Shown in pieces: positions 25,608 through 36,479 of a stretch of DNA of 64,000 bases. Every line of letters starts with the position of its first letter. Positions within the stretch are counted from its first letter, which is position 1. This DNA is from Calditrichaceae bacterium. Its GTDB lineage: Bacteria > Calditrichota > Calditrichia > Calditrichales > JBFXGD01. The DNA is taken from assembly GCA_050173015.1 (NCBI GenBank), contig JBFXLE010000009.1, positions 103,861 to 167,860 on the forward strand. Reading direction: 5' to 3'. The notes under the pieces are model-generated. The model worked only from the letters and a program-made list of their open reading frames with translations, was not told the origin of the DNA and did not search any database. Position numbers and translations under genes: made by a program.

Positions 25608-27470
25608 TTATTGTCGTTCCATTGTTTTTTTTCCGAATTCCGAATCAAGTGGTATCAAAGTCAGCAAAATAAATCCGGGAATCGTGGCCAGCAGAATCCA
25701 TATAAAAAAGTGCTGGTAACCAATAAGTTCCTGCAGCCAGCCGCTAAACATGCCCGGTATCATCATGCCAAGAGCCATAAATCCTGTTGTAATGGCAAAA
25801 TGAGCCGTTTTATGAGTCCCTTCCGAAACATAGATCATATATAACATAAAGGCTGTAAATCCAAAACCGTAACCGAATTGTTCGATCGCGACACATAGAT
25901 TGATTATCAGGAAATTATCCGGTTGGGCATAAGCGAGATAGATATAAACAACATTTGGCAGATTCATGGCGATTGCCATAGGCCACAACCAGAATTTTAA
26001 TCCGTGCCGGGCGGCGACAAATCCACCCAGTAATCCCCCGGCAACAAGCATAATTAATCCGGCGGTTCCATATACAACCCCCACCTGACCTGTTGTCAGA
26101 GCCAGACCTCCCGCTTCCTGGCTATCCAGCAGAAACGGCGCGGCGAGTTTCACAAGCTGTGCTTCCGCAAAACGGTACAATAAAAGAAAACTGATAATTA
26201 TGATAATTTTATCTTTTTTGAAAAATACCAGAAAAGTTTGAAAAAAATCCCGGATAAAGTCATCAGCTTTTCCTCTTTTTGCCGCGCGATCAGAATCAGG
26301 AAAGGGCAGCATATATTTATGATATATAAAAAAGATAACAAAAAGTACGGTGAGTATTGTGAAAGTCAGCGACCAGGCCAGCGGGATATTTCCCGACTGC
26401 GCTTTAAAATAAGCGCCGGCGGAGTGCTTTAGCCTGTGATCCGCCTGTATGACCGCCACGGCAGGCCGGTTCCAGTTTGATTGATTAAAGACAAACCGGT
26501 TTTCGCCCGGGAGTGAAATACTTTTATCGCCTGATTCCCTTCCGAAATTAACAACCACTTCCTTACCCGGTTCCGGAGGAGCGGAAAGTTTTAAAAAAAT
26601 CAATCCGGCATTATCCGCCAGATCAGCATTTTTTTTAGGTTTTGTCTTGCCAAAATATTTTTTCAGAAAGGTCTCGATCCGGGATGATTTATCGGTTTTT
26701 GCGGCTTCCGGGGGATCTGAACCAGATATTTCGGGATTCTGTAGAACCTCGATCTTTGCATGTCCGTTCAAGCTGTTTTGTAATTTGGCAAAATGAATCA
26801 GGGAGTCGATTACTTCTTTTGGACGCGGGATCGAACTGATCGTCAACACTTTAGGAGTTATGATAATTCCGTTTTGATCCTCCACGGTCAAATCCGGTAT
26901 TTTATCCGGTGTCTGCTCCCGGGCAAGTTCCTGATTGACGGTTTTGACAACAACTCCGGTATCAGGGAATCCGCTGTGGCTTTCAATGAATCCGGCAAAA
27001 ATGATTAAAACACCCTGACCGGTAATCATCGCCAGGCGGTAAAATGTACTGCGCACTCCCACAAACCAGGCTTGCTGATGTTTGGTGAGACCGAGCATAT
27101 AAAATCCATCGGCTGCGATGTCATGCGTTGCCGAACTAAACGCCAGTAACCAGAGAAATCCCAGTGTAAATTTAAAAAATCCGGGTAAAGGAAGAGTAAG
27201 GGCAACTCCTCCGAGTCCGGCGCCGATGATCAGCTGCATGGAAATAATCCATAATCGCCTTGTTTTCAGAAGATCGACTACAGGGCTCCATAACGGTTTG
27301 ATTACCCAGGGGAGATACAGCCAGCTGGTATATAGCGCGATATCAGTATTTGAAATACCCATCCTTTTGTACATAACCACCGATACCATCATCACAACGA
27401 CATAGGGCATACCTTCGGCATAATAAAGAGATGGCAGCCACCACCAGGGTGACCGTTTGTCTGAAGCCAT
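25608..27470 (-). CDS. AmpG-family MFS permease with a large inserted soluble domain
   Basis: SLYYAEGMP, LPWVIKPLWSPVVD and SATHDIAADG AmpG motifs. Confidence 0.85.
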   Translation of the reverse strand: MASDKRSPWWWLPSLYYAEGMPYVVVMMVSVVMYKRMGISNTDIALYTSWLYLPWVIKPLWSPVVDLLKTRRLWIISMQLIIGAGLGGVALTLPLPGFFKFTLGFLWLLAFSSATHDIAADGFYMLGLTKHQQAWFVGVRSTFYRLAMITGQGVLIIFAGFIESHSGFPDTGVVVKTVNQELAREQTPDKIPDLTVEDQNGIIITPKVLTISSIPRPKEVIDSLIHFAKLQNSLNGHAKIEVLQNPEISGSDPPEAAKTDKSSRIETFLKKYFGKTKPKKNADLADNAGLIFLKLSAPPEPGKEVVVNFGRESGDKSISLPGENRFVFNQSNWNRPAVAVIQADHRLKHSAGAYFKAQSGNIPLAWSLTFTILTVLFVIFFIYHKYMLPFPDSDRAAKRGKADDFIRDFFQTFLVFFKKDKIIIIISFLLLYRFAEAQLVKLAAPFLLDSQEAGGLALTTGQVGVVYGTAGLIMLVAGGLLGGFVAARHGLKFWLWPMAIAMNLPNVVYIYLAYAQPDNFLIINLCVAIEQFGYGFGFTAFMLYMIYVSEGTHKTAHFAITTGFMALGMMIPGMFSGWLQELIGYQHFFIWILLATIPGFILLTLIPLDSEFGKKTMERQ

Positions 27471-27511
27471 GGTTTCTCCTGAATTAATCGTTAAGCAACA
27501 GCGGGGAAAAT

Positions 27512-28870
27512 TTATTCATAAATCCTTTTAAGATGGGCGCCGGGGTAGTAGTGAGAGAGAATCTGTTCTGTAGAATGGTTGCTTAGCGCCATTCCCAGAG
27601 CGCCGATTTGACATAATCCTACCCCATGGCCCCAACCGGCACCCTGTAAGGAAAAACTGACAGGAATCCCGGTCTGTCCCTCAATAGCGGTGACATTGAA
27701 AGCGGAACTATATAAAAACTTCCTGTATAATGACTGCCGGATTAAATATTCGCTATTCAGGACCAGATCTTTTTTTACGCGGTTTTGATCCAGATATTTG
27801 ATTGCTAATTGTGTTATCCGGCCTGAATGTCCCCGTTTAAGGGGCTTTATAGACAAAATGTATTTGGCGGAGATTTGATTAAATCGGTTAATTACAGAAG
27901 TGATTTCAACCTGCGGAATGGTAATGTTCCATCTGAAATATTGTCCCGATTCATCCACTGTCCCAAGGAACTCTCCAAGCCGGTTTTCAGGTATGGTTAA
28001 TGAACTGCAAAACGTTTCCGGTGTGTTCTCTACCCATTTCTGAAAAAAACGATCATCGGTCAGCGGTCCTTCTAACTGAGGCGGTTTCGTTTCCGCGTCA
28101 ATGATAGAAGTAAGATAGGGGACAGCCTCACCATTCCACAAGGATTCAAATGACTCGGTAATGCCCCCACAGCTTTTTGAGTAACGGGCATCGCAAATAT
28201 AGTCCTTAAACATCAGAACCAGTCCGGCGGTATTTTTGGCGCCATCAACGGATTGATTTGTGAGTTGACCGGTGCCCTGGTAGCGTTGACAGCAGTCATC
28301 GTTACATACATCCATGTCCAGACTTCTGTGTTTCTGTTCGATATTGGCCAGTAGCCAGGAACGCGCGGCGATTGTTTGCGATTCAATCAGCGCGGAAGGG
28401 CAGGATGCTCCCATTTCCGATGTGGCCACGCACATAAGATACTCTTCAAGTCTCAGTTCATTTATCAATATTAAACGATCTTTATACGGTCTTATCTTTA
28501 GGCTGCCGGGCAAAAACACATCAATGTATTTATTCCAGTGAAAACCGCGTCCGGCAATGATGTTTTTAATGCGGATACCGTCTCCGGATTTTATTTTAGG
28601 GTCAGTTTTGGCGGGAAAAATGAAAACTTCTTGCTCGAATTTGTATTCTTTGCCCTGAAGCCGGAAATGGATCGATCCTTTTTCCAGGCGAAAATATATA
28701 TCTTCTTCCGGGGGAATGGGGATACTACGCTCATAAAACTTTACAAGATAAGCCTTATCGGCCGGTGTCCTTATCGCGACCGAGGTAAAATCATCTTCAG
28801 GCAGAATAATGCCGACATTGATAATCGGTTCTGTTGAGGGTATAACATCCGGTGTAAGCATCTCCATCAA
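27512..28870 (-). CDS. SpoIID/LytB domain protein
   Basis: LEEYLMCVATSEM, AARSW, CQRYQG, GWGHGVGLCQIGA. Confidence 0.9.
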   Translation of the reverse strand: MMEMLTPDVIPSTEPIINVGIILPEDDFTSVAIRTPADKAYLVKFYERSIPIPPEEDIYFRLEKGSIHFRLQGKEYKFEQEVFIFPAKTDPKIKSGDGIRIKNIIAGRGFHWNKYIDVFLPGSLKIRPYKDRLILINELRLEEYLMCVATSEMGASCPSALIESQTIAARSWLLANIEQKHRSLDMDVCNDDCCQRYQGTGQLTNQSVDGAKNTAGLVLMFKDYICDARYSKSCGGITESFESLWNGEAVPYLTSIIDAETKPPQLEGPLTDDRFFQKWVENTPETFCSSLTIPENRLGEFLGTVDESGQYFRWNITIPQVEITSVINRFNQISAKYILSIKPLKRGHSGRITQLAIKYLDQNRVKKDLVLNSEYLIRQSLYRKFLYSSAFNVTAIEGQTGIPVSFSLQGAGWGHGVGLCQIGALGMALSNHSTEQILSHYYPGAHLKRIYE

Positions 28871-30063
28871 TCCTTCTTTTGTTGTTTCCAGTTCAGAAAA
28901 GCGTCAATTCCCGCTCCAATAGCCGGCGCGTCGCGCAATTCGGAAATTTGAATAAGCCTGCCGGGAGATTTGTAATATTCCTTCGCCGAGGAGTCGAGCG
29001 CGGGTTCTTTTTGGATTAAATCCTCCAGTGTCTTTTCAACCGGAACCCGGATCAGCTTTTCTCCGGCCGGAGAATTCCACAATTCACCAAGCCGTTGACC
29101 GATGACAATCCGGTCAAGAATTTTCCCGCGGTACGGATGATTTTTTTTCGGCATCTGCCGTCCCGGATTCAAAAAGGTGAACTTTGAGAGCCATCCGACA
29201 TAGAGGGTAGTGATACGCTCAAATAAAAGCATGGCAAGATTTTCTGATATCTGACTAAACGTTTCCTGTGCCGCGGAATCTCCATTGATGGCGCGTATAG
29301 CTATCTCACTCGGGAATATATTCTTTTCTGTTATTTCAGCCGGTTCAATCCCCAGGTTGGCAGCGTATAATTTTTGAATACCCCCTGCGGAAGCAAATTG
29401 CTCCATCGAAATATTTTTGGAGTTTTTCATTTCCCAGGATTTCGCCATCCAGTCTTTAATTCCGTCAAAAGGGAAAAGCTCATTGTCTATTTTTAAGGCA
29501 TCGGCGGCACCCGTGCCCCCTCCAAGATAATATGCGGTGGATACGTCCCTGAAAAGTCCGTCCTGAGAAAAATTCTCACCGATTCCGCAATAATCAGCAT
29601 CACTCCCCAATTGATGAACAGGAGTAATAAAATTAATTGATCTCATCTTCAACCGTTTTTCGAGCAACTCCGAAAAATGTACCATTCTCGGTCCGTTGGC
29701 CATTGCTTCTATGCCTCGTTTATCGCCGGTTTTCAGACCGGGAAAGCCGATACCGGCAATGATATTCTTATGACCGCTTTTTTGAGTGATTGCCTCGATT
29801 GCCTGAGCACAGGCCTCGACGATTACCGCGCCTTGCTGCTCTTCTTCGGGAGTTGGTTTGACGGAATGATTCTCCCGTTCAAATAATTGTGCGCGTATGT
29901 CTACGGGAGTAAAATTACTAAGATAGCCTGGTATTTCCGAATACGCTAATTCAACAGAAAAATTTCCGCGTGAAAATAGTTTTGATTGATTTACATTGAT
30001 AACACAGGCATTGATTTTCGTAGCTCCCCCGTCAACACCGATAAGTAAATAATGATCAGGCAT
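28867..30063 (-). CDS. ROK-family sugar kinase-like protein
   Basis: IGVDGGATK, GIGFPG, SDADYCGIGE, LGGGTGAA, APAIGAG. Confidence 0.7.
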   Translation of the reverse strand: MPDHYLLIGVDGGATKINACVINVNQSKLFSRGNFSVELAYSEIPGYLSNFTPVDIRAQLFERENHSVKPTPEEEQQGAVIVEACAQAIEAITQKSGHKNIIAGIGFPGLKTGDKRGIEAMANGPRMVHFSELLEKRLKMRSINFITPVHQLGSDADYCGIGENFSQDGLFRDVSTAYYLGGGTGAADALKIDNELFPFDGIKDWMAKSWEMKNSKNISMEQFASAGGIQKLYAANLGIEPAEITEKNIFPSEIAIRAINGDSAAQETFSQISENLAMLLFERITTLYVGWLSKFTFLNPGRQMPKKNHPYRGKILDRIVIGQRLGELWNSPAGEKLIRVPVEKTLEDLIQKEPALDSSAKEYYKSPGRLIQISELRDAPAIGAGIDAFLNWKQQKKD

Positions 30064-30093
30064 ATATTTTACCTTTACTCAATTTGCAGAGAT

Positions 30094-31656
30094 TTAATCC
30101 TGATTTTCGTTGCGTTCAGCTCTGCGCAGCATCGCCTCAAATCGCATGAAATCTTTTGCTTCGTCATTTCGGTCAATTGTAATCTGATCTATGCTGTGAT
30201 CGGTCCCACCGGAGTGCCTGATGACTTCATAGATAGGTTCCCATACGCGGCCGATGCGGTGTGTTTCGCTTATTTTTAGCACCATGGCATAATCTTCACC
30301 GTAATTACGCGCGAAGGGTTCCTCGTTTAAACCAAAACCGATTTGACGAATAAGGCTTATAGGTATTGATCGCGGCGCGCCGGCGCCGTTTATCCTTAAA
30401 AGATTGTTTCTGCCGTTTTCTTCGGTCCACTCATCATGCGTTACCACCGGTATGTCACTCAGTCGTTTAATGCTGTCATCAGCTTGTTTCTCCCAGACTT
30501 CGTACGAACCGATTACCATTCCGATCAATGGATCGGATTCATAGACCTTGAGTATTTTTTCCACCGCATCCGGCTTCAAACGGTCATCCGAGTCAAGCTG
30601 GACGTAATATTCACCGCGCGCCGCCTTGGCGCCCATATTCAGACACAGACCGATATTATTGATGTCGTAAACCAGAAGTACCACTTCAGGTAGAGATTCA
30701 TCATAGCAATCTCCGCCCGGCATATGGCGCCTGACCTGCGCGGTTGTGGGATCCGAAACGCCTCCATTGACCACGACAATGACTTCAATCTCCTTCACCG
30801 TTTGATTTTGTACACTTTCAATAGCGGCGCTGATAAATTCAGGACGATTGTTCACCGGGATGATAACCGATGCCTTTAGTGTCGCTTCTGCCGATGGGGA
30901 GGGGCGGGGGACAAAGTGTTTTCCCGGAGCAAGGTATGAACCTATCCGCTTCAGATGTTCCGTTAGCACCATTTCAGCTTCAAGCTGACTTTCTTTGCTT
31001 GCCATTAGATAATCAAAGACGTTATGTCTTTGGCCTTTTGCAACAACACGATAGGCCGAACCCGCGTATCGGCTGGCAATATGGATTAATTCATAATTTT
31101 CAGAAATTTTTAAACGCAAATCATAAAGGGTCGCGTACTTGAGTGATTTATCAATATATCCGATATCCTGAAGAATACGTTTCCTAAAAAAATAAACTTT
31201 TCCAAAATCCTGATTATCCCGAACACGTCCAAAGTGGTGTTTGAGCAAGTGAATATCTCTTGTCTGCCCATTTTCTTCAAGCTCGTAATCTGAATAAATC
31301 ATACCTGCATTTCTATTACGCTTCGCGGCCGATAAAAACAAATCAATTGCCCCGTATTTCAGAAAAATCGGGATTTTCCTGTTATCCATATACAAGATAA
31401 AGGGAGTCTCGGCTTGTTTGAAGACCTGATAGAGAGAATCGCTATAGGAATTTTTCCCTGAAAAGAAGAACTTGACAGAGAACGATTCAGTGTTGATTTC
31501 GGAAACACTTCGTTTGAGTCTCTCATCCGGTTCCGCACCAATGATCAACACTTCAAAGTTGTTATTCGTTTGACCGAAAACGGTTTGAAGCAATTTAAGA
31601 AAAATGTCCTGTGGCTCTGAATAGTGCAAAACAATTGCAACACCTTTATCTGACAT
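30094..31656 (-). CDS. Family 2 glycosyltransferase with tandem GT-A domains
   Basis: SVIIPVNNR, QLDSDD, YGEDY; degenerate N-terminal GT-A domain (YSDY). Confidence 0.85.
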   Translation of the reverse strand: MSDKGVAIVLHYSEPQDIFLKLLQTVFGQTNNNFEVLIIGAEPDERLKRSVSEINTESFSVKFFFSGKNSYSDSLYQVFKQAETPFILYMDNRKIPIFLKYGAIDLFLSAAKRNRNAGMIYSDYELEENGQTRDIHLLKHHFGRVRDNQDFGKVYFFRKRILQDIGYIDKSLKYATLYDLRLKISENYELIHIASRYAGSAYRVVAKGQRHNVFDYLMASKESQLEAEMVLTEHLKRIGSYLAPGKHFVPRPSPSAEATLKASVIIPVNNRPEFISAAIESVQNQTVKEIEVIVVVNGGVSDPTTAQVRRHMPGGDCYDESLPEVVLLVYDINNIGLCLNMGAKAARGEYYVQLDSDDRLKPDAVEKILKVYESDPLIGMVIGSYEVWEKQADDSIKRLSDIPVVTHDEWTEENGRNNLLRINGAGAPRSIPISLIRQIGFGLNEEPFARNYGEDYAMVLKISETHRIGRVWEPIYEVIRHSGGTDHSIDQITIDRNDEAKDFMRFEAMLRRAERNENQD

Positions 31657-31878
31657 TGGATTCTCCTAAAATTCATCTTTGTAAGTTATAACTATGAATG
31701 CTGTGAATTTGAATTGCCGGTATCAGTCGTCATGATTTAAATCTGAATGTAATCGGTCTATTCCTGAAATGATGATCAATGCTAAATAAAACAAATTAAA
31801 TACCAATCCAATATTAATAATAACTTGGCTAAAATTCAAAAAGAATCATACACAAACGATACTTCAAGTAAATAAATA

Positions 31879-33060
31879 TTAAAACACTCTGATACAATAT
31901 CCCTTCAAATAAGCGGATTCAGGAAAGCTGGCGCTTACCGGATGATCCAGTCCCGCCCCAAATCCTTTAACATAGTGCAGATTGCGTCCTGATTCGACGC
32001 CTGCCGAGTGCAGCACCTGGCGGAATAGTTTTTCATCCATAAAATGAGAGCAGGAGAAAGTGAATAGCAATCCATCTTTCTTTAGCAGCTTCATCGCCAA
32101 ACGGTTAAGATTTTGATAACCGCGGGCGCCGGCCTGAATTTGTGTCCTTTTCTTTATAAATGCCGGAGGATCAAGAATAATAATATCAAATTCACCGTCC
32201 TGCTTCCCGTTCAGATACTGGAAAACATCCCGAACGATAAGTTCATGTTTAGAAGGATCCTGCTCATTGCTCTCAATATTTGCCTTTGCCAGTTCGATAG
32301 CCTGAGAGGATGAATCTACTGAAATGACATTTCGGGCGCCGCCTGCGACAGCGTAAATAGAGAATCCGGCGCTGTAACTGAAACAGTTCAATATTTGAGT
32401 ATCGTCGCAAAACTGACGAAGTATTTGCCGGTTTTCCCTCTGGTCCAAAAAAAATCCTGTTTTTTGACCTGCGGAAACATCGACTATAAAGTTCAGATCA
32501 TTTTCTTTTATCGTAATCAGGGGAGTGTGCAATGTACCGCTGAGCAGGCCCTGAAATGGTTTAAATCCTTCGAGAAGGGCGGCTTTTTCATCCGCGTGCT
32601 CTAAAATAGCCGTTGGATGGAACATATCATTCAGGATTTGGATGACAACGGGTTTAATACGCTGCGCGCCCGCCGATAAAAACTGGCATGACAAAACATC
32701 GTTATACTTATCAATGATGACACCCGGAATTCCATCACTTTCGGAGAAAAATAATCTGAATGAATCCGTTTTTGTCGGATCAATGTGACGATTCCTGAAC
32801 GAATAGGCTGAATGGATTTGTTCTTTAAAATAATTTTCATCCGGTTCACCGGTTCCGAAGGTGACGATACGAGCGCGGATTTGAGAATTCGGGCTGTAGA
32901 ATCCCGTCCCGAGCAGTTCTCCGGAAGAGCTTGTTATCCTAATATAGTCTCCGTTATCCGGTGTCCCTTTGAGCGAATGTATCGCGCCTGAAAAGATCCA
33001 TGGATGCCTGTTTATGACAGATTTTTCCCGGCCTTTTTTCAATATCAGTGTAGGAGACAT
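31879..33060 (-). CDS. rlmI: RlmI-like 23S rRNA m5C methyltransferase
   Basis: HPWIFSG PUA start, ESDGIPG, GQKTGFFLDQR, ILDPPAF, TFSCS. Confidence 0.85.
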   Translation of the reverse strand: MSPTLILKKGREKSVINRHPWIFSGAIHSLKGTPDNGDYIRITSSSGELLGTGFYSPNSQIRARIVTFGTGEPDENYFKEQIHSAYSFRNRHIDPTKTDSFRLFFSESDGIPGVIIDKYNDVLSCQFLSAGAQRIKPVVIQILNDMFHPTAILEHADEKAALLEGFKPFQGLLSGTLHTPLITIKENDLNFIVDVSAGQKTGFFLDQRENRQILRQFCDDTQILNCFSYSAGFSIYAVAGGARNVISVDSSSQAIELAKANIESNEQDPSKHELIVRDVFQYLNGKQDGEFDIIILDPPAFIKKRTQIQAGARGYQNLNRLAMKLLKKDGLLFTFSCSHFMDEKLFRQVLHSAGVESGRNLHYVKGFGAGLDHPVSASFPESAYLKGYCIRVF

Positions 33061-33266
33061 ATAATCCCTTTCTTCAAAAATCACTTTTCTTTGCGAATAA
33101 GTTACAAAATTAAAAAAGCATAGATAATTAAACCATTATTTATTATATTTTTGTAGGCGCACTTTAATATATGCAAGAAAAAAATCAGACAAAATATCTT
33201 TATAAGCAGAATTGAACGGAAATGGTTAATTCCCGAATTTTTATTTAATTAGAATCGGAAAATGTT

Positions 33267-36200
33267 GTGAATTTTAAAATATTGGTTATAACACACAAAT
33301 CTGCCATCGATGAAAATATCATAGAAGATCTTATTAAAAATAGTAGTGATATCGAATATCTCTCTTATGAATCAATTGAAGAGTTACCATTAAGATACGA
33401 CAACAAGTTATATGCCGGTATCATTTTTTTACGCAAAGAAATTGATAAAGATATCGTGAGGTACATTGATCTACTTAGAGCTGAGCACAATAAACACACT
33501 ATATACGTTGTCGGAAAACCAATTGGAAAAGCAGTTTATCTGTCATTTGCCAAGTTCACAGATACGTTCCTGTTCGAAGCATCTGAATTTTTGTATGAGC
33601 AACTAAAATATATTGTTCAGCATCTGAAAAATATTTTTGACACAAAAATAAAATATCAAAACAGGTATGATAAGTATTTAGGATTAATTCAGGAAAGTCC
33701 CATGCCTGTTCTCGCCGTTAAAAGGTCCGGAAAAATTGAATATACAAATAAAGCCTTTTTGAAATTATTTAAGTATGAGCCGAAGCTTTTATCTGAAGTC
33801 AATCTTGAAAATTGCGTACCCGCGAACATTTATGAAGAAATATCAGCCGGTTTTTTAAGCTCATCCGATCACAATTCGATCTATCTGCGGGAAACGACCT
33901 TCCTTGACGGTAAACAAAGCCTGATTCCATGCGGCATTTATGCAGTTTTTGAAAAGTTTTTAGATGAACCGCTTTGTTTTCTTTTCCTTTCTGATCACCG
34001 GCAATCTGATTCGGGACGTCAGGAACTGAAAAACCGGGTTGAGACTTTTAAAGAAGTTGCGGAGATTATAAAGATTATTTCTTTGACCCATGAACTGCAG
34101 TTTCCTCTGAAATCCCTTGCTGAACGTATAAAAAAAGTATTCAAAAGTGATTTTCTGCTCGTAAATATGGTAAATGATGATGAAACATCCCTTATGCGGA
34201 ATCAGGAAGACAAAAATAATAATCATTTGCTTGATGATTTTGAAGAAATCATTCTGAGCGGAGCAAAAACGATTGATGTCTGTTTGATCCATAAAAACAG
34301 GTTTCCTGCAGAAAAGGTAAATAAATCAAACATAAGCAGTATTATGATTTTGCCGCTTTCAGCAGGTGATAAGTTATATGGCGTCATTACTCTGTTTTTT
34401 GTCAATCCATATGAGGATCAAAAAAGCTGGTATGAGCCGGCGACAATCATAGGTAGAATAATTTCACTTGGAATAGCAAAATCACGTCTTATTTCTGAGC
34501 TCAGTATTTCAAGACAAAATTATAGGGAAATAGTGGAAAACGCTCTGGACGGAATATATAGAAGCAGCCCGGACGGAAAAATTCTCTATGCCAATCCCGC
34601 ACTGCTCAAAATGCTTGAATATGATTCATTGGAAGACCTTCAGCAGTTACCCATTGAAGACGCGCTGTACAGGGATGCCGTACAGAGGGAACAATTCACA
34701 ACCGAAATTGAAAAAAATCAGAAAGTCCGGAATTATGTGCTCAATTTAAAAACAAAAAATAATAGAGAACTGAAAGTTATTGAGCATGCCCATGTGATCA
34801 CCGGAGCAAACGGCGCAAAGTTTTATGAGGGGATTATACGTGACATCACCGAATATGCAGAACTCGAAAAGTCGTTAAAAAACACACAGAATTTCGCGGA
34901 TGAACTTATTGAAAAAGCCAGTATCATTATGAATGCGTTCGATTCGGAAGGCAATATCATCATCTGGAATAAAAAAGCAGAAGAAATTACCGGTTATAAA
35001 AAAGAGGAAGTTCTGGGCCGGAAAGATTTTTTAAAAAAAATATATCGGGATCAATCATATTATCGCTATGTGATGGAATCTTCTGAAATTTCTAATAAGG
35101 ATAATCTTAACGATCCTATTGAATATACGCTTACCGCGAAAAATGGTGAAGAAAAAAAGATTCGCTGGACAGGTATGCGGATCAAATCGGAACCTTACGG
35201 GGAAGTGGATGTCAGCTTCGGAGTGGACATGACGGAGACCCGTCGGTTAGAAAAAAGACTGCTCGACGCGCAAAAAATTGAAACTTACAGCTCTATATCG
35301 GCAAGTATCGCTGAAGATTTTAACCAGGTGCTCCGGTCAATAATTGAAAATGTCTCGAACGCCAAAGTCAATCTTGGCAGCGAAAATACTCTTTTAAAAC
35401 ATTTGGAACTCATAGACGAATCGGTTCACACCGGCGGCCAATTGACCGGTCAGCTTCTCAGCCTGACTCAAAAATCAGAGCCAAGGCTTATAATCGTTGA
35501 TCCCAATCAGATAATTGAGCAGTCCGTAAATGTAATTGAACATACCATTCCGGAAGGAATTGAGATGGAGGCGGAACTGCAGACCAGGGATTATATTATG
35601 GTGGATCCGGCACAATTAAATCAGGTTATATTAAATCTGGCATTAAATTCTGTTGAGGCCATGCCTGAGGGCGGCAAGATTGTGATTCGGTCTGAATCGG
35701 TTAAAACCGCTCAGGAGGCGCGACTTACGGAAAATCATGCAGCCGGTGATCAATATGTGAAGATTTCGGTTTCGGATACCGGTACAGGTATGAGCGATGA
35801 TGTCAAAAATCGTCTTTTCGAACCGTTTTTCTCGACAAAAAAGGGTACTAGTTCAAAAGGTCTCGGATTATCATTGATTTACCGCGTCGTCAGCAGTCAT
35901 AAAGGATTTATCTTTTTTGACTCGACAATAGGGAAGGGGACCGAATTTTCTCTCTACTTTCCCACCGCCTGGAAAAACCATGAAGAGGAACCAAAAAAAC
36001 AGGTAAAATATACAATCCTGGTGGTTGACGATGAATCCATTATACGTGACTTAATACGTGATGTTCTTGTCACTAATGATTTCGATGTACTGTTAGCGGA
36101 TGACGGATTGACGGGACTCGAATTGTTTGAGAAAAATATGGAAAAAATTGATCTCGTGATATTGGATATCATCATGCCGAATATGGACGGACTTGCTCTT

Positions 36201-36368
36201 TATAACAAAATTAAAAAGATAAAACCTTCTGCCAGGGTACTTATTACATCGGGATACAGCAAATCTGATGTTAAAAATGAACTCGTGACAAGGGGAATAG
36301 ACGGTTTTTTGCCAAAACCGTTTAATATTCGGAGTCTTATGGATATGATATCCAATATTTTGAAATAA
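33267..36368 (+). CDS. Hybrid PAS/GAF sensor kinase-receiver protein (H-box His replaced by Glu)
   Basis: PAS repeats, GAF, N/G1/F/G2 boxes and C-terminal REC; H-box reads IAEDFNQ. Confidence 0.85.
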   Translation: MNFKILVITHKSAIDENIIEDLIKNSSDIEYLSYESIEELPLRYDNKLYAGIIFLRKEIDKDIVRYIDLLRAEHNKHTIYVVGKPIGKAVYLSFAKFTDTFLFEASEFLYEQLKYIVQHLKNIFDTKIKYQNRYDKYLGLIQESPMPVLAVKRSGKIEYTNKAFLKLFKYEPKLLSEVNLENCVPANIYEEISAGFLSSSDHNSIYLRETTFLDGKQSLIPCGIYAVFEKFLDEPLCFLFLSDHRQSDSGRQELKNRVETFKEVAEIIKIISLTHELQFPLKSLAERIKKVFKSDFLLVNMVNDDETSLMRNQEDKNNNHLLDDFEEIILSGAKTIDVCLIHKNRFPAEKVNKSNISSIMILPLSAGDKLYGVITLFFVNPYEDQKSWYEPATIIGRIISLGIAKSRLISELSISRQNYREIVENALDGIYRSSPDGKILYANPALLKMLEYDSLEDLQQLPIEDALYRDAVQREQFTTEIEKNQKVRNYVLNLKTKNNRELKVIEHAHVITGANGAKFYEGIIRDITEYAELEKSLKNTQNFADELIEKASIIMNAFDSEGNIIIWNKKAEEITGYKKEEVLGRKDFLKKIYRDQSYYRYVMESSEISNKDNLNDPIEYTLTAKNGEEKKIRWTGMRIKSEPYGEVDVSFGVDMTETRRLEKRLLDAQKIETYSSISASIAEDFNQVLRSIIENVSNAKVNLGSENTLLKHLELIDESVHTGGQLTGQLLSLTQKSEPRLIIVDPNQIIEQSVNVIEHTIPEGIEMEAELQTRDYIMVDPAQLNQVILNLALNSVEAMPEGGKIVIRSESVKTAQEARLTENHAAGDQYVKISVSDTGTGMSDDVKNRLFEPFFSTKKGTSSKGLGLSLIYRVVSSHKGFIFFDSTIGKGTEFSLYFPTAWKNHEEEPKKQVKYTILVVDDESIIRDLIRDVLVTNDFDVLLADDGLTGLELFEKNMEKIDLVILDIIMPNMDGLALYNKIKKIKPSARVLITSGYSKSDVKNELVTRGIDGFLPKPFNIRSLMDMISNILK

Positions 36369-36479
36369 ATAAAAATTAATGGAAAAAATTGATTTTCCTT
36401 GGTATCTTTATTGATAGTTTACGTATTGTATTGTTTGGTACTTTTGAAGCGACAGATCTGTAAGACGGAGAATCTATAA

